NCBI RefSeq assembly: GCF_041956535.1
Contig: NW_027192201.1
Span: forward strand, 44,475 to 96,661
Reading direction: 5' to 3'
Source: Calcarisporiella thermophila CBS 279.70
Taxonomy: Eukaryota > Fungi > Calcarisporiellomycota
DNA length: 52,187 nt
Part shown: positions 38,577-49,143 of the stretch, piece after piece
How the letters are laid out: every line of letters begins with the position of its first letter
How positions within the stretch are numbered: position 1 is the first letter of the stretch
Made by a program: the position numbers and the translations under genes
Notes under the pieces: generated by a model
The model's database searches: none
Told to the model about the DNA's origin: nothing
The model's input: the letters and a program-made list of their open reading frames with translations, nothing else

Positions 38577-40466
38577 TTACTCTTGGGCTTCTCTCGTAAT
38601 CAGTGCCTTGAGTGCTGTTGTTTGTGGATTCTCGTATGTTCTCACTATTGCGTATCAGATTAGATCAGAGGCATTAAAGTCCCTCCTCGAGCTCGGCCTT
38701 TGTCCCTTTGTCGATGGTTAGAGAAGAAACTTACGTTCCACGGCAGCGTGTTGAGGATCGTACGGCTCGGCGGTTTGCACAAAACTCTTGGGGATTTCGC
38801 CAAAAGCCATGCTGCGCGCCCATTCCCGGTTTGCGCGCAATCGACTGTGGAAAGGCCAACACTCAGGGGTCAGTTCTCAACTCACACTAGAGGAAAGAAA
38901 ACAGAGTACAAGAGAGCAACCCCTACCTCTGAATGATCGCCTCGTCAGGGAGGGCCTTTGGCATCCTCTCCAAGCTTAGGTATTCGTGATAGGTTCGAAG
39001 GATGGCAAGCCACTCTTCGTCGTACGCAAACTCATGAGGGCCTTCCACGTCAGGGAAATCCACGATCTAATCAAACCTCTCCTGTGAATAGGCTTCATTG
39101 TAAAAGGTCTGAAAAACGATATGCTCACCTGCAAAAAGTCCCGGTTGGGTAGACACTTGTCCAGAGCTAAAAACCGCGTCTCCTCACTCCCTTTCCGAGG
39201 CTGTGATTCGTGCTCAAGATTCGAAACACCCAGCGCATCCCCCTTTTGCACTTCTTCTTTGACTCCTTCTTGGGGCGTGGCTTCGGCTTCCTCGTCGCTG
39301 ATCTCGAAATCGATTCTGTCGGGGTTTTCCACCTCCTCCAAATCATCCACATCCAGGGCAATCTCGTCCGGATTGTTCTGGGTGCCGGCATCATGGCGTA
39401 CAATGGCTGCAAATTTAACGTGCAAATGTGCAGAAAACCAGTAGCGTGGTCGCAGGGTATCGAGGAGCAAGCGAGCCGGTGGGGAGCCTAGCGTGTTAGA
39501 CTCGACCTAGCTCCAGCCAAAAGCACTCGTTGTAGAATGACACGGGAAATGGAGCGGAGGAAGTAGATGAGAAGTGTTTACCTCTTTACGGAAAAAGGGC
39601 TTCCCCCGTAAAAGACGCTGCAAATTGCCATGCTGCTCGATCCCTTGCGGCCAGTCATGCGATAAAAATACATCCAGCGGCTCTCGAATCTACAACAATC
39701 GAGATCAAAATGCGGTGGGAAGTGCAGGCAAGTGTCCGGGCATACCCACCTTCAGCAGCTTCTCGATCTCGTATCGTCGCACGTGATAAATACTCCTCAT
39801 ATCCCCCTCACTGTAGGGCATCCGCTCAAAATAGCCTTGGTGGTGGTGGTTGGCCTTATAAATGCCCGACAGCCCCCCTATCCGCAGCCCACCGAAACGG
39901 ACCACGCCTGAAAAACCCAAGAAATAAATGTTTTCGCACACCCATCCGCCATAATATCTTCAATGTTCACAGATATTAGCCCCATCTGGATGCGCGGATA
40001 AAATAGAGTGTTGTGTAGAAAAAAAGAGGCCACTTACAGCTCCCAGAGATAATTGCTCGCTTCATGATTACCTCCAATGAACAGAGTCTTAACAGGTGCC
40101 TTCTTTCGACCGGAATAGTATTTGTGGAATGAGCCCATATGCCGATATTTGGGAGGGCAAGCTAAACACAGCATGTCTGCCTCATTTCGGAGAGCCTAGT
40201 TAGTGTAGCTAATTAATCCACCCAGTTTGTGTGCTACCACTTGAATAAAATACGTGCCTGGAAGTCTCCACAGATTAAAAGTAAATCGATGGAAATGTTT
40301 TCGACCCGGGCCAGATGCTGCAAGGAAGCATAGATTTCGTCGAGACACCCATGGCCACATCCCACGACCGCGATCTTATGGGAATAAAAGGAGCGATGAG
40401 TTTCAACCATAAAGAGGCCAATGCTTTTGGCCAACGTATTTAACTACACCATCAGCGCACCTTCAT
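38577..40466 (-). CDS. DBR1: RNA lariat debranching enzyme
   Basis: MK|[16 protein letters not shown]|[50 protein letters not shown]-terminal NPQT; multiple introns. Confidence 0.95.
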
Positions 40467-40647
40467 ATTTTATTTGCTATTCAATCGCGAAATCAATAAC
40501 TTAGCACTTGCTTCTCAATGACTTAAATATCCGATCGAATATCTGATTGAACGATATCCGTTTTCTCTCTCCTAATTTCTTCGTATTCAAAAAGCTATTG
40601 CGCGCCTTTCTCGTGGCGACTCGAGCAATCGGAGAAAATATAAGATA

Positions 40648-42014
40648 ATGCGCTTACAGCTTGCTTCTCTAGTAGGATTATTCTCGTTGGCGTTTGGTAA
40701 TCATGCCCATGTTTGTACCTGATCCCCGTCTCGGGAGTTAATTCTCCATCTCTCAAATTAGCCGCCACTCCTGCTACCATCTACTTAGTGACCGACCCTT
40801 CCGCTCAGCATCGCGCACAGGATTTCATTCCGACTCTTCCTTTTACCACTGCACCCCTTGTCCTCTCCCACCTTGCCGGAGTCTCACGGCATGTTGTTCT
40901 CACGCACCAAGACGCGCTCAATGCTGCCCTTCCTCACCGAAGCATGTTCGAGGGCGGCGGAGATAACGTGGTGGTGCTTGTAGAGGGAGCGGATGAACAA
41001 TCTAGATGTAAGTGCTCTCGAAATGGTTCCGAGTCACTGTAGGGATTTTCACCACATGGATCCTCCATTGCAACCTTACTACTAGTACTTCCTGTACACG
41101 ACCCCTCATTTCGCATTGAAGAGCCTCCGAATGTGAAGGAGTTCGACAAGATCCTAGGCGAGGTCTCCAAAATGGTAGAGCACGAGACTCCTGGACTGCG
41201 GCGAGTGGAAACAGATGTGGGTTATTTGGTTAGCGAGAGCGAGGTAGAAAATAACCCTTTTTTCACCGAGTCATATGACCGTTAACCGTCGTGGCTATAG
41301 GATTTGGTGAACGCCCTTCCCAAAAAGAAGAGCCCAGCGGATGCTTTTGCTGCACTCAAGGTCAAATACGCCGAGCTAGACGTCAGCAGTCTGGACCCTG
41401 GAGCGCACCCTGAGACCTCGGACTTCGTGACCGAGGTGGAGGCGCTCGCAGATCTTGCATCCTCCTTCTCCAAGCACCGACCCACGGAGTCCTCGAAGGC
41501 GAACTATATCACCTACCGCATCAGCGGTCTGAATCAATTTTCTCGCCAGAGTCAACAATACAAAACAGCCTCGAAGGTGCTCAAGGACCTGTTCGAGAAG
41601 ACGGTGATCCCGGATTTTAATCAAGGAGCCCATTCGACGATCGCGTTTATTTTGGTGCCCCCCGACGCGGGGACCCATGCCTCTTCTTCTCCAAATCCCC
41701 TTTCGCGCCGCCAGCTTCCCACCTCCCCCGGTCCCCTATGCTATGAGAGCCAAGCAGACTGCGAGGCAAAAACGAACAAGTGCTCCGACCATGGCTCGTG
41801 CAAGTCCGTGGGCAAATGCTTCGTATGCCAGTGTGAGGGTGCCTACGGCGGGGACGCATGTGAACTGGCCAATATCATGCCTGAGTTCCATATTCTACTC
41901 TGGACCTCGGTGTTCCTGATATTTGCGGTCGTAGGATCCACCCTCTTCCTATGGCGCATGGGCAAAGAGGACCACTCGAATATGTCGGGCGGCCCGAACT
42001 TGAAGCAAGAATAA
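40648..42014 (+). CDS. DUF3844/Vps3844-like type I membrane protein with Cys-rich juxtamembrane domain
   Basis: Signal peptide MRLQLASLVGLFSLAF; CYESQADCEAKTNKCSDHGSC...CQC...YGGDAC followed by TM FHILLWTSVFLIFAVVGSTLFLW. Confidence 0.75.
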
Positions 42015-42309
42015 ATGCAAGCTATACTTTCTAGTCATCAGGTTCCACTCGTACGAAGAGGAACCTGCTTCTTGTCTTATTTCGTGTTATTTTCTTTGTT
42101 TTCCTCTTTCTCCCTAATCAATATACACCAACATTCATGTAGCGAAAATGACACGGCGTTCTTACAGATGGTGGGGAAGAAAAAAAAATCCTAGTTAGAA
42201 CAAATTTAAGGCTGATCTAAATCCAAATAAATAGTGTACAATGGCATGAAAAAACAATACTCTTTATACAGTAGGGAAAGATTCATGTCTAGTAGTTGAT
42301 GGCACAGGG

Positions 42310-43434
42310 TCATATCGAGGAAACGTGAGATCTTGGGAGCCTCCAATCTAAAACCAATATGGAGACGGCAAAAGCAGAACTAGCCACGGCGAGCCAAGGC
42401 CACTCTGTTAGGCGAGAGCCAGTGGAACGGAACATGGTGGGCGTGGTGGGTGTGGGCGACCGTGCGACAGAAAGAGTGGGGACGTGATCCAAATCACGGG
42501 TCGTCACCGATATACTCGGCAAGGTGGATGCTCCTAGCGGTGCGTGTAGAAACTGGTCGATCACGTGGATGACACCGGCCGTGGTCAACATATCCGTCCG
42601 TATTAGGGTTGCATTGTTGATAGTAAAGCTGTTATTCTGCATCTCCAGGGTGACCAGCTCTCCCGACATGGCGTGGGCCTGCACTCCCTGCCTGAAATCA
42701 ACCGTGCGCCATATCCCTTCGACCATATGGTAGCGCGCGTTGTGCAGCTGTAGAGCGTCGGTCAGATTGGTATAATTGGCCGCCACCATGGCCTCGTTGG
42801 AGGGAATAAAGAGGGTATTTCCTCTCATGTCAGCAATGCCCGTCAAGTTCCATTTCTTGACAAGCTGCGCGAAGAGATCCGTGTTTTTAATGCCGGGCAG
42901 AGTTTTGGAGGGCGATTGCGGAAGGCCGCACACCCCGTCGATGACGTGAAGAACCCCGTTCGGAACGGAGATATCCGCCTTCACCACCCTGATGGGATCT
43001 TGCGCTCCGCAGTAGAGCATGGTGACGCCTCCCTCTTTCTTTAACTTGACCGATTGCACTGCGCCAGGGGTGTTCACCGTCTTTGTGTCATAAAGGGTGG
43101 GGAAAAACTGGCCCCCCACCTCCAACTTATCCGTAGTGACCATCTGGGGTAGAATATGGTATGCCAGAACTCGGGTCGCGGAATTTTGTTGAGTAAGGTT
43201 GATGAGATCGGGGGCGGCATTAATGGCGCTGTCACTAGGCGCGAAGAAGGTAAAGCTTGGCTGTGAAGTAAATAATGTGCGCAATGCAGCGTATTTTTCT
43301 GTGGCCAGAGCTGTAGAGAGTAATGTTAGCCCCTCGCTCGAGAGTTTGTTAGCGACCGAGAGGAAGTCGGCCGCTAATGCTAGAGAGAAAAGGGCTAAAG
43401 TGAAAAGCGTGGAAATCAAATGGAATGGCCTCAT
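42310..43434 (-). CDS. Fasciclin (two FAS1 domains) cell-surface protein
   Basis: Signal peptide; TFFAPSDSA, YHIL, NGVLHVIDGV; TLFIPSNEA, GVIHVIDQFL; hydrophobic C-terminal segment. Confidence 0.93.
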   Translation of the reverse strand: MRPFHLISTLFTLALFSLALAADFLSVANKLSSEGLTLLSTALATEKYAALRTLFTSQPSFTFFAPSDSAINAAPDLINLTQQNSATRVLAYHILPQMVTTDKLEVGGQFFPTLYDTKTVNTPGAVQSVKLKKEGGVTMLYCGAQDPIRVVKADISVPNGVLHVIDGVCGLPQSPSKTLPGIKNTDLFAQLVKKWNLTGIADMRGNTLFIPSNEAMVAANYTNLTDALQLHNARYHMVEGIWRTVDFRQGVQAHAMSGELVTLEMQNNSFTINNATLIRTDMLTTAGVIHVIDQFLHAPLGASTLPSISVTTRDLDHVPTLSVARSPTPTTPTMFRSTGSRLTEWPWLAVASSAFAVSILVLDWRLPRSHVSSI

Positions 43435-43900
43435 GAGCTCTTTTTCGGGATGTAGGGTGAGATTCAAGCTCAATCCTCAACTGAATTCGAGGGCACAGCA
43501 ATAATGTCGAGAAAGAGAATAAAGTGGGGCAAACTCGTTGAGACATTCAGAATTCCCGTATAAAGTCGAGAAGCGGAACATGAAATTTTCTGACCATGGT
43601 AGCATATCAAATTATCCACGCAGGACCATCAAGGGTAGGATCACAAGAAAAATACCAAGAAACACAAAGACCGAGGGCCCATCCAGAAAGATTATCCGCA
43701 GAAAGCCCACGCTAATGCAACGAAATCTCGAGCAAAAGCCTCTGCCTAGCATGAGCATAGTCATGATCGGCGTCCTCGATCAAGCCATCCTTACCCGGCC
43801 TTTGCTATTGCCGATGAACTCTGTGGCTTGTTTCCCTCAATTTTGAATCGAGTTCTGGCTTCATTCTGTGAACGTATGACATTCGTGAGAGCAGTCCATA

Positions 43901-44584
43901 ATGTTCCGACTCTATCCATCCCTTCCAAGGCTCTGGGTCCGCACGCGTCCAAGCCCGTGTTATAGGTTCTTGGCGACGCGCTCATCCCTCTCCTCCTCCC
44001 AATCCACCCCTCAAGCAGCCAAACCCCCTGCCAAAACAGCGGCTCCCCCCCTAAATCGCCCTCGCCGAGACGAGGAAATTACCGCCCGCAAAATCCAGTT
44101 TGTGAATGCTCAGGGTGAACTGGAAGGCATCAAACCTTTGACCGAAGTCCTTGGCTCCTTCGATCGCTCTACCTATTGGTTACTTGAGGTTGATCCTCGG
44201 GCTCAACCCCCAGTCTGCCGTCTTGTCACCAAGAAAGATCTCTATGAAAAGCAGCGCGCACGACGCAAAGCTACCAAGCCCACTGCCAGTGTGTTGAAGG
44301 AACTCTCATTTGCATGGACGGTGGCCCCCCATGACCTGGCGCATAAGATGGAGAAGGCGCGCGAGATTTTGTCCAAGGGACATAAACTTGAGTTACGGAT
44401 AGTGAGCAAAGCGGGGAGAAGAGTACCACAGCCAGAGCAGGAGAAGTTAATGAGCCAGATATTGGGAGAATTAGACGAATATTCGCGAGTCATCAAACCT
44501 GTGACCCTGACGAAGAGTGTGGGCATGGTGACCTTGCAGGGCAAAGCAATAAGCAAGGATAAGCAAGGGGAGTCCAGCGAGTGA
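43901..44584 (+). CDS. Mitochondrial translation initiation factor IF-3
   Basis: Arg/Ser-rich presequence; RDEEI...IQFV, PPVCRL, LKEL...APHDLAHK...LSKGHKL IF3 motifs. Confidence 0.88.
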   Translation: MFRLYPSLPRLWVRTRPSPCYRFLATRSSLSSSQSTPQAAKPPAKTAAPPLNRPRRDEEITARKIQFVNAQGELEGIKPLTEVLGSFDRSTYWLLEVDPRAQPPVCRLVTKKDLYEKQRARRKATKPTASVLKELSFAWTVAPHDLAHKMEKAREILSKGHKLELRIVSKAGRRVPQPEQEKLMSQILGELDEYSRVIKPVTLTKSVGMVTLQGKAISKDKQGESSE

Positions 44585-44984
44585 AAATGGACGCTTAATG
44601 GCGGTTTACGTTGCGGTCATGGGTGGGGATCATCCGGGATCTAGAAAAGAGACTTTCTCTCCATACCTTCTTTCTTTATGTATATGTATAGAGGACGGAC
44701 AATACATATATTTATATTTCATAAGGATCCTGAAAATTGTTGAGGGCGATTCACCCAGAAAGTAAGCACAAACTGAGGAGGGCTGGATACTCCAACTCTA
44801 TAGATCTCTTATATAAAACTAAGATCGTGAGGACCCACTCCCCCTCTTTCGCTCATCTGTCCTCTCCATCGATCATCTCCGCTCTACCTTTGCCTTTTTT
44901 TCCATTTTTTCGAAAATCGCCCTTGTTCTTCTCCTCACGCGGTCGGTGATACCGCTTTTATCTCGTCCCTTTTCCATAAACGGG

Positions 44985-45875
44985 ATGGTAATGCATCTAG
45001 CCATTTTTCGCTGAATCGATGGTGTTAGGGGAAGAGTCTATGGACACTCAATGAATCTCGTTTTGCCATTGGATAGGGTCAATCTATGATTATTCAAGTG
45101 GCGTGGAATCGCCAACTCTTCGAGATCGATCTCGGTTCATCAAGCGATGTCCTCTCCCGTACAACAGTCGCTGACCTAAAGTCGAGGATAAAAGAGGCCA
45201 CCGGGATGCCCATCAATTCAATGAAGCTCATCTATTCCGGAGGTAAGTGCTTCTTGTTACCTTGCTATTACTCCCCGTGCATGGATCGATTTGTAGTGTG
45301 CTAATTCTCGCCTCTGCTGAGCAGCCGTTATGAAGAATGATTTAGTACCGTTATCACAATATGGTATTAGAAATCGGTCAAAAGTGATGCTGCTGACTTC
45401 AATGCCGGATGTAGGCCTTCCTCCTGTGTTCAGTCCACATGGCTTATGTTTACTCACTCGTTTTTTTTCCTTCCAAATTGCGTAGGGTGGAGTCGCTAAT
45501 CGGCAAGCGCAGGACGAGGATAGCGAGGAACAGGCCCTCCTCATACGCGTTCAAAACCTGGTTGCTCAAGTGACACGCACGCTTATCCCCCAAATAGAAT
45601 CCTATGAACAACAAGTTGCTGGCTATTTTGCTGCACCCCCACTTCCCCCCGATGCCGACGCCGCATCCCGACAGAGATTCGAAAAGACACACCGGGAAAT
45701 CTCCGAGCGGCTGATGCAAGCCCTCTTTGCCCTCGACTCAATCGTGTGCCCTGAGAATGCTCAGCGCGTGAGAGAAAAACGTCGAGAGGCGGTACGGTGG
45801 GCCCAATCTTTACTTGATCGGGTGGATCGGTGTAAGGAGCAGCTGGCCCAGGGGTTAAGGGCCAGAAACAATTAG
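44985..45875 (+). CDS. BAG-family co-chaperone (ubiquitin-like + BAG domain), BAG1-like
   Basis: UBL: TVADLKSRIKEATGMP...KLIYSG|AVMKND...LSQYGI...KVMLL; BAG: ISERLMQALFALDSI...REKRREAVRWAQSLLDRVD; probable ATG-only first coding exon at 44985. Confidence 0.88.
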
Positions 45876-46262
45876 ATTAGAGAGCATCCCTTCGTATAAG
45901 CAAAACTTTGTTTTTTTTTTGGTGCCGTATATATACATATATATAAAATATATATGTTGCTATAAATGCCTTTTTTTTTTCTTTTATTGAACTTGGACGA
46001 GATTGAGTATTAGAGTGCTGGAGAAAGGAAGGAAGGAGAAAAAAATAGGGGGTTGATATAAAACTACAACAAAATACGTGGGATGAAAAAAAAAAAAAAT
46101 AGAACAGATAATTAAACCAAAAAAAAAAAAAGAAAATAGTAAAAAGCGAAATCTAATCACAGTATAAGGAAGATTGATATACCGTCAGAGTGAGAAATAA
46201 TAGGAGATATCATAGAGAAACAAATTTGAAGAGTAGGAGAGAGGAAAGGAAGATGTGCCTAA

Positions 46263-46964
46263 CTAATGAGTTCTCTGGTGATATTGATTCAGAGTTTGCT
46301 TAAAGAAGTCATTTCCTCCAGGCACACTGCTGAACCGGCTGGTTGAAACCTCTTCTTCATCCCAACCCGATTTTGATCTACGAGTGAGGAATTTTGTGGT
46401 CACGAATGCAATGGCTCCCAACACGATGACTCCTCCCACAGTCGATACTGCAATAATGATAGTTCTCGTGTTCGTCCCACCCCCTTGATCCGTTTCTGGC
46501 ATGACCGATGCGGAGGGCGAAGAGGCACGTGAGCTTGAAGTTGGGTCAGAGGGGGGTACCATTGTAGTGGAGGACGACTGGATATTCTTAGTGGTTGTGG
46601 AGGTTAAGGTGCTATGAGAGGTTGGCGGAGCCGTTGTGGAAGGCTCGGGAGGCGGAGTGGTGGATGGGGTTGGCTGGGAAGAAGACGATGGTTCAGGCGG
46701 CTTGCTGGAAGAAGAAGGGGGGACAGAGGACGAGGAGGGGGGGTCGGATGAGCTAGGGGGATTGGAAGAAGACGGGGGATCCGAGGAGGTGGGGGGGGAA
46801 GGAGGGGGAGAGGTGGGGGGCTTCGTTGGCCCCTCGGAGGAGCCAGGAGGGGCGGTTACATCCCCTCCCTTGCTAATGCTTCCCTGGCGTTTCTCGAGCC
46901 CATTCGCCTGCACAATGGCAGACAGTAGACATATTAATAGTAGTGAGCTGATATTGATGCGCAT
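46263..46964 (-). CDS. Mid2-like Ser/Pro/Thr-rich type I membrane protein
   Basis: Signal peptide, KR site, S/P/T-rich stalk, TM IIIAVSTVGGVIVLGAIAFV, short tail ending FKQTLNQYH. Confidence 0.8.
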   Translation of the reverse strand: MRINISSLLLICLLSAIVQANGLEKRQGSISKGGDVTAPPGSSEGPTKPPTSPPPSPPTSSDPPSSSNPPSSSDPPSSSSVPPSSSSKPPEPSSSSQPTPSTTPPPEPSTTAPPTSHSTLTSTTTKNIQSSSTTMVPPSDPTSSSRASSPSASVMPETDQGGGTNTRTIIIAVSTVGGVIVLGAIAFVTTKFLTRRSKSGWDEEEVSTSRFSSVPGGNDFFKQTLNQYHQRTH

Positions 46965-47639
46965 TCCCACACGGTGTTTTTCTTAATTAAAATGCAGGCA
47001 AAGTAGCAGAGTCAGTGGAATGGACCAAAGCAAAAATAAAAAACGCCGGAGGGTTATAAATAACTCTTATCAGCAATCAGACGTCTGAAGAAGCAACCTT
47101 AACTTTATCCCAGGTACGAAGCTGGGACGAATAGAAACGATTCGTGGAATGAAATCATGCGTCTCAAGCCACCCTTGGCTTCTTTCCATTGTTTATTGAG
47201 CGATCGATCCGATTTGACAACTTCACGGTGGGCCGCCAAAGCAATTAGGGAAAAGAGGCTAGGTGGGCAAATTGGTGTGATCCCTTTCTATTACTCTCCT
47301 CTCTCTTTCTCATTTCTTTACTCTTTTGCAACCATAGGATATTTAATTCTGTTTTACCTGAGGCGGCAAATGGCACTTGTGACCGTAGCGGCGGCGCTAA
47401 AAATATCCAGATCATGACTTTTATCAATTTTGATAAACATATCATTATTCAATCGTCAACAAGGAATATGCAATAGCCGTTCTTATCAAGGGTAAAAAAG
47501 AACGAAAAGCAAGGGAACTATTAGATACAAAAGAAGGAGAGAGAGAGTAAGGGAGAGAGAGAGAGAGAATAAAAAAGCGAAGCTAAACGAATAGAAATAG
47601 ATAATATATATATATTTTGCTCGCACACATAAATATAAA

Positions 47640-48677
47640 CTAACAAGATCCGCCGCTTCCACGCTGCCCGCTCCAGACAATCGTGATGGTTTCGCCTTCA
47701 ACAGCGCCCTGGGTGTCCCAATGCACGGGGACAATCACATCACCCTCTGGGGTGACTGGGTCCGACTTAGAGTCATCCTGCTCCAATGGAGGCGACCGTT
47801 GAACGCTGGTGATGATATTGCTAGTATTACCCTTCTTCACACTGTCGATTCGAACAAGGTGTGGCTTTGCTCTTGTTAAGGTGGTGGCTTTGATGGGCAC
47901 ATCCACCTCAGAGAGCGCGCTCTTACGCAGGTCACTCTGCTTGTCAGGGAGCTCTGCTTGCTGCTGGCCAACGTGGAGACGGTTGCTGGTGGAGGGCTGG
48001 AAGGCGTGGGCATCATCCTCACCCATTAAAGTGGGGGCATCACTGGCCTTTGAGTTGCGAACCGATGGAATATAGGCAATGGGGACGATGGCCGAAACCG
48101 ATTTCTGCCGAGTCAAGCCGGATGGTGTGGCCGTATTCACCGCCTCCTCGGAGCCAAACGAGGGGGCATTCCCTTGTTCTGAGGTAGGGGGACCCATCTC
48201 GAACCAAAGGAACCTGTTCCCGCTCTGACGGCATTTCCGGTAATGTCTGTAGGTCAGTCCGCCCACGGCCAATACAACCACAGCGGCAGCGACTCCGAGC
48301 ACGCTTGGCACAATGATTCCGCCACCGCCTCCATTATTCACCGTCTCTGCGCCTCCATTGAGTGTGCCCAAATTGTTCTGAGGGCGACACACTGCTTTGG
48401 AGCATTCGTTGCAAGTGCGAGTTACCAGCACGCATACTTGTCCCGATGGGCAAGAGGCGGGGCATTTGGGGGGAGGACAAGAAGTGACGCATTGTTCTGG
48501 TGCAAAATTGGCTGCGATATTCTCCAAGCGACGATGGAGGAACACCGTGCGACGACGGGGCGCGGGTGTAAAATTGGCATGAGGATGCTGGTTGAGAGCA
48601 TCTACCACCGTAAGGGCCAAGAAACACAAGAAAAACAAGAGCCAAATACGATGTGAAAATCGGTATATCGACGACAT
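47640..48677 (-). CDS. OPY2: Opy2-like membrane anchor (HOG/filamentation MAPK pathways)
   Basis: Eight-Cys domain CVTSCPPPKCPASCPSGQVCVLVTRTCNECSKAVC, single TM, cytosolic IVPIAYIP motif as in Opy2. Confidence 0.8.
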   Translation of the reverse strand: MSSIYRFSHRIWLLFFLCFLALTVVDALNQHPHANFTPAPRRRTVFLHRRLENIAANFAPEQCVTSCPPPKCPASCPSGQVCVLVTRTCNECSKAVCRPQNNLGTLNGGAETVNNGGGGGIIVPSVLGVAAAVVVLAVGGLTYRHYRKCRQSGNRFLWFEMGPPTSEQGNAPSFGSEEAVNTATPSGLTRQKSVSAIVPIAYIPSVRNSKASDAPTLMGEDDAHAFQPSTSNRLHVGQQQAELPDKQSDLRKSALSEVDVPIKATTLTRAKPHLVRIDSVKKGNTSNIITSVQRSPPLEQDDSKSDPVTPEGDVIVPVHWDTQGAVEGETITIVWSGQRGSGGSC

Positions 48678-49143
48678 GGCTTCAGTGTAAGGAAAGGAAG
48701 GGGGGGATAGAGATGAGGATGGGGGATGACAGCTAAAGGTCTAGCTTACGACAGTAATTGATTAGTTAAATTCTTCCTAGATTCAGCGTGTGGGGGCGTA
48801 TGGGAAAGAAATGAGAAAGAGTGTGGTTGATGAGGCTAAAATTAATTTATAAAACAAATCGCCATGTCAAAGCAAGGATGTTTGGGAAAGCTTGAGGAAA
48901 AAGAAGAAAATTCTAATATTAGCTCCTCCCCCCTTTTTGTTTTTTTGCTCGGTACCAGCCGTTGCTGAGGAAAAACTCAGGTAATAGGATTGAGAAAAAA
49001 TCCGATATATAAGGCTTTGATTAGATGCAATTTTCTTTCCATACGTCACACAGTACCCATTCTGAATTTTCGCCTCTGACAAACTTCACCAATCAGCCCG
49101 CGGGAAGGGTTATAGGAGAAATCCAAAATCACTAAAAGCGAGA

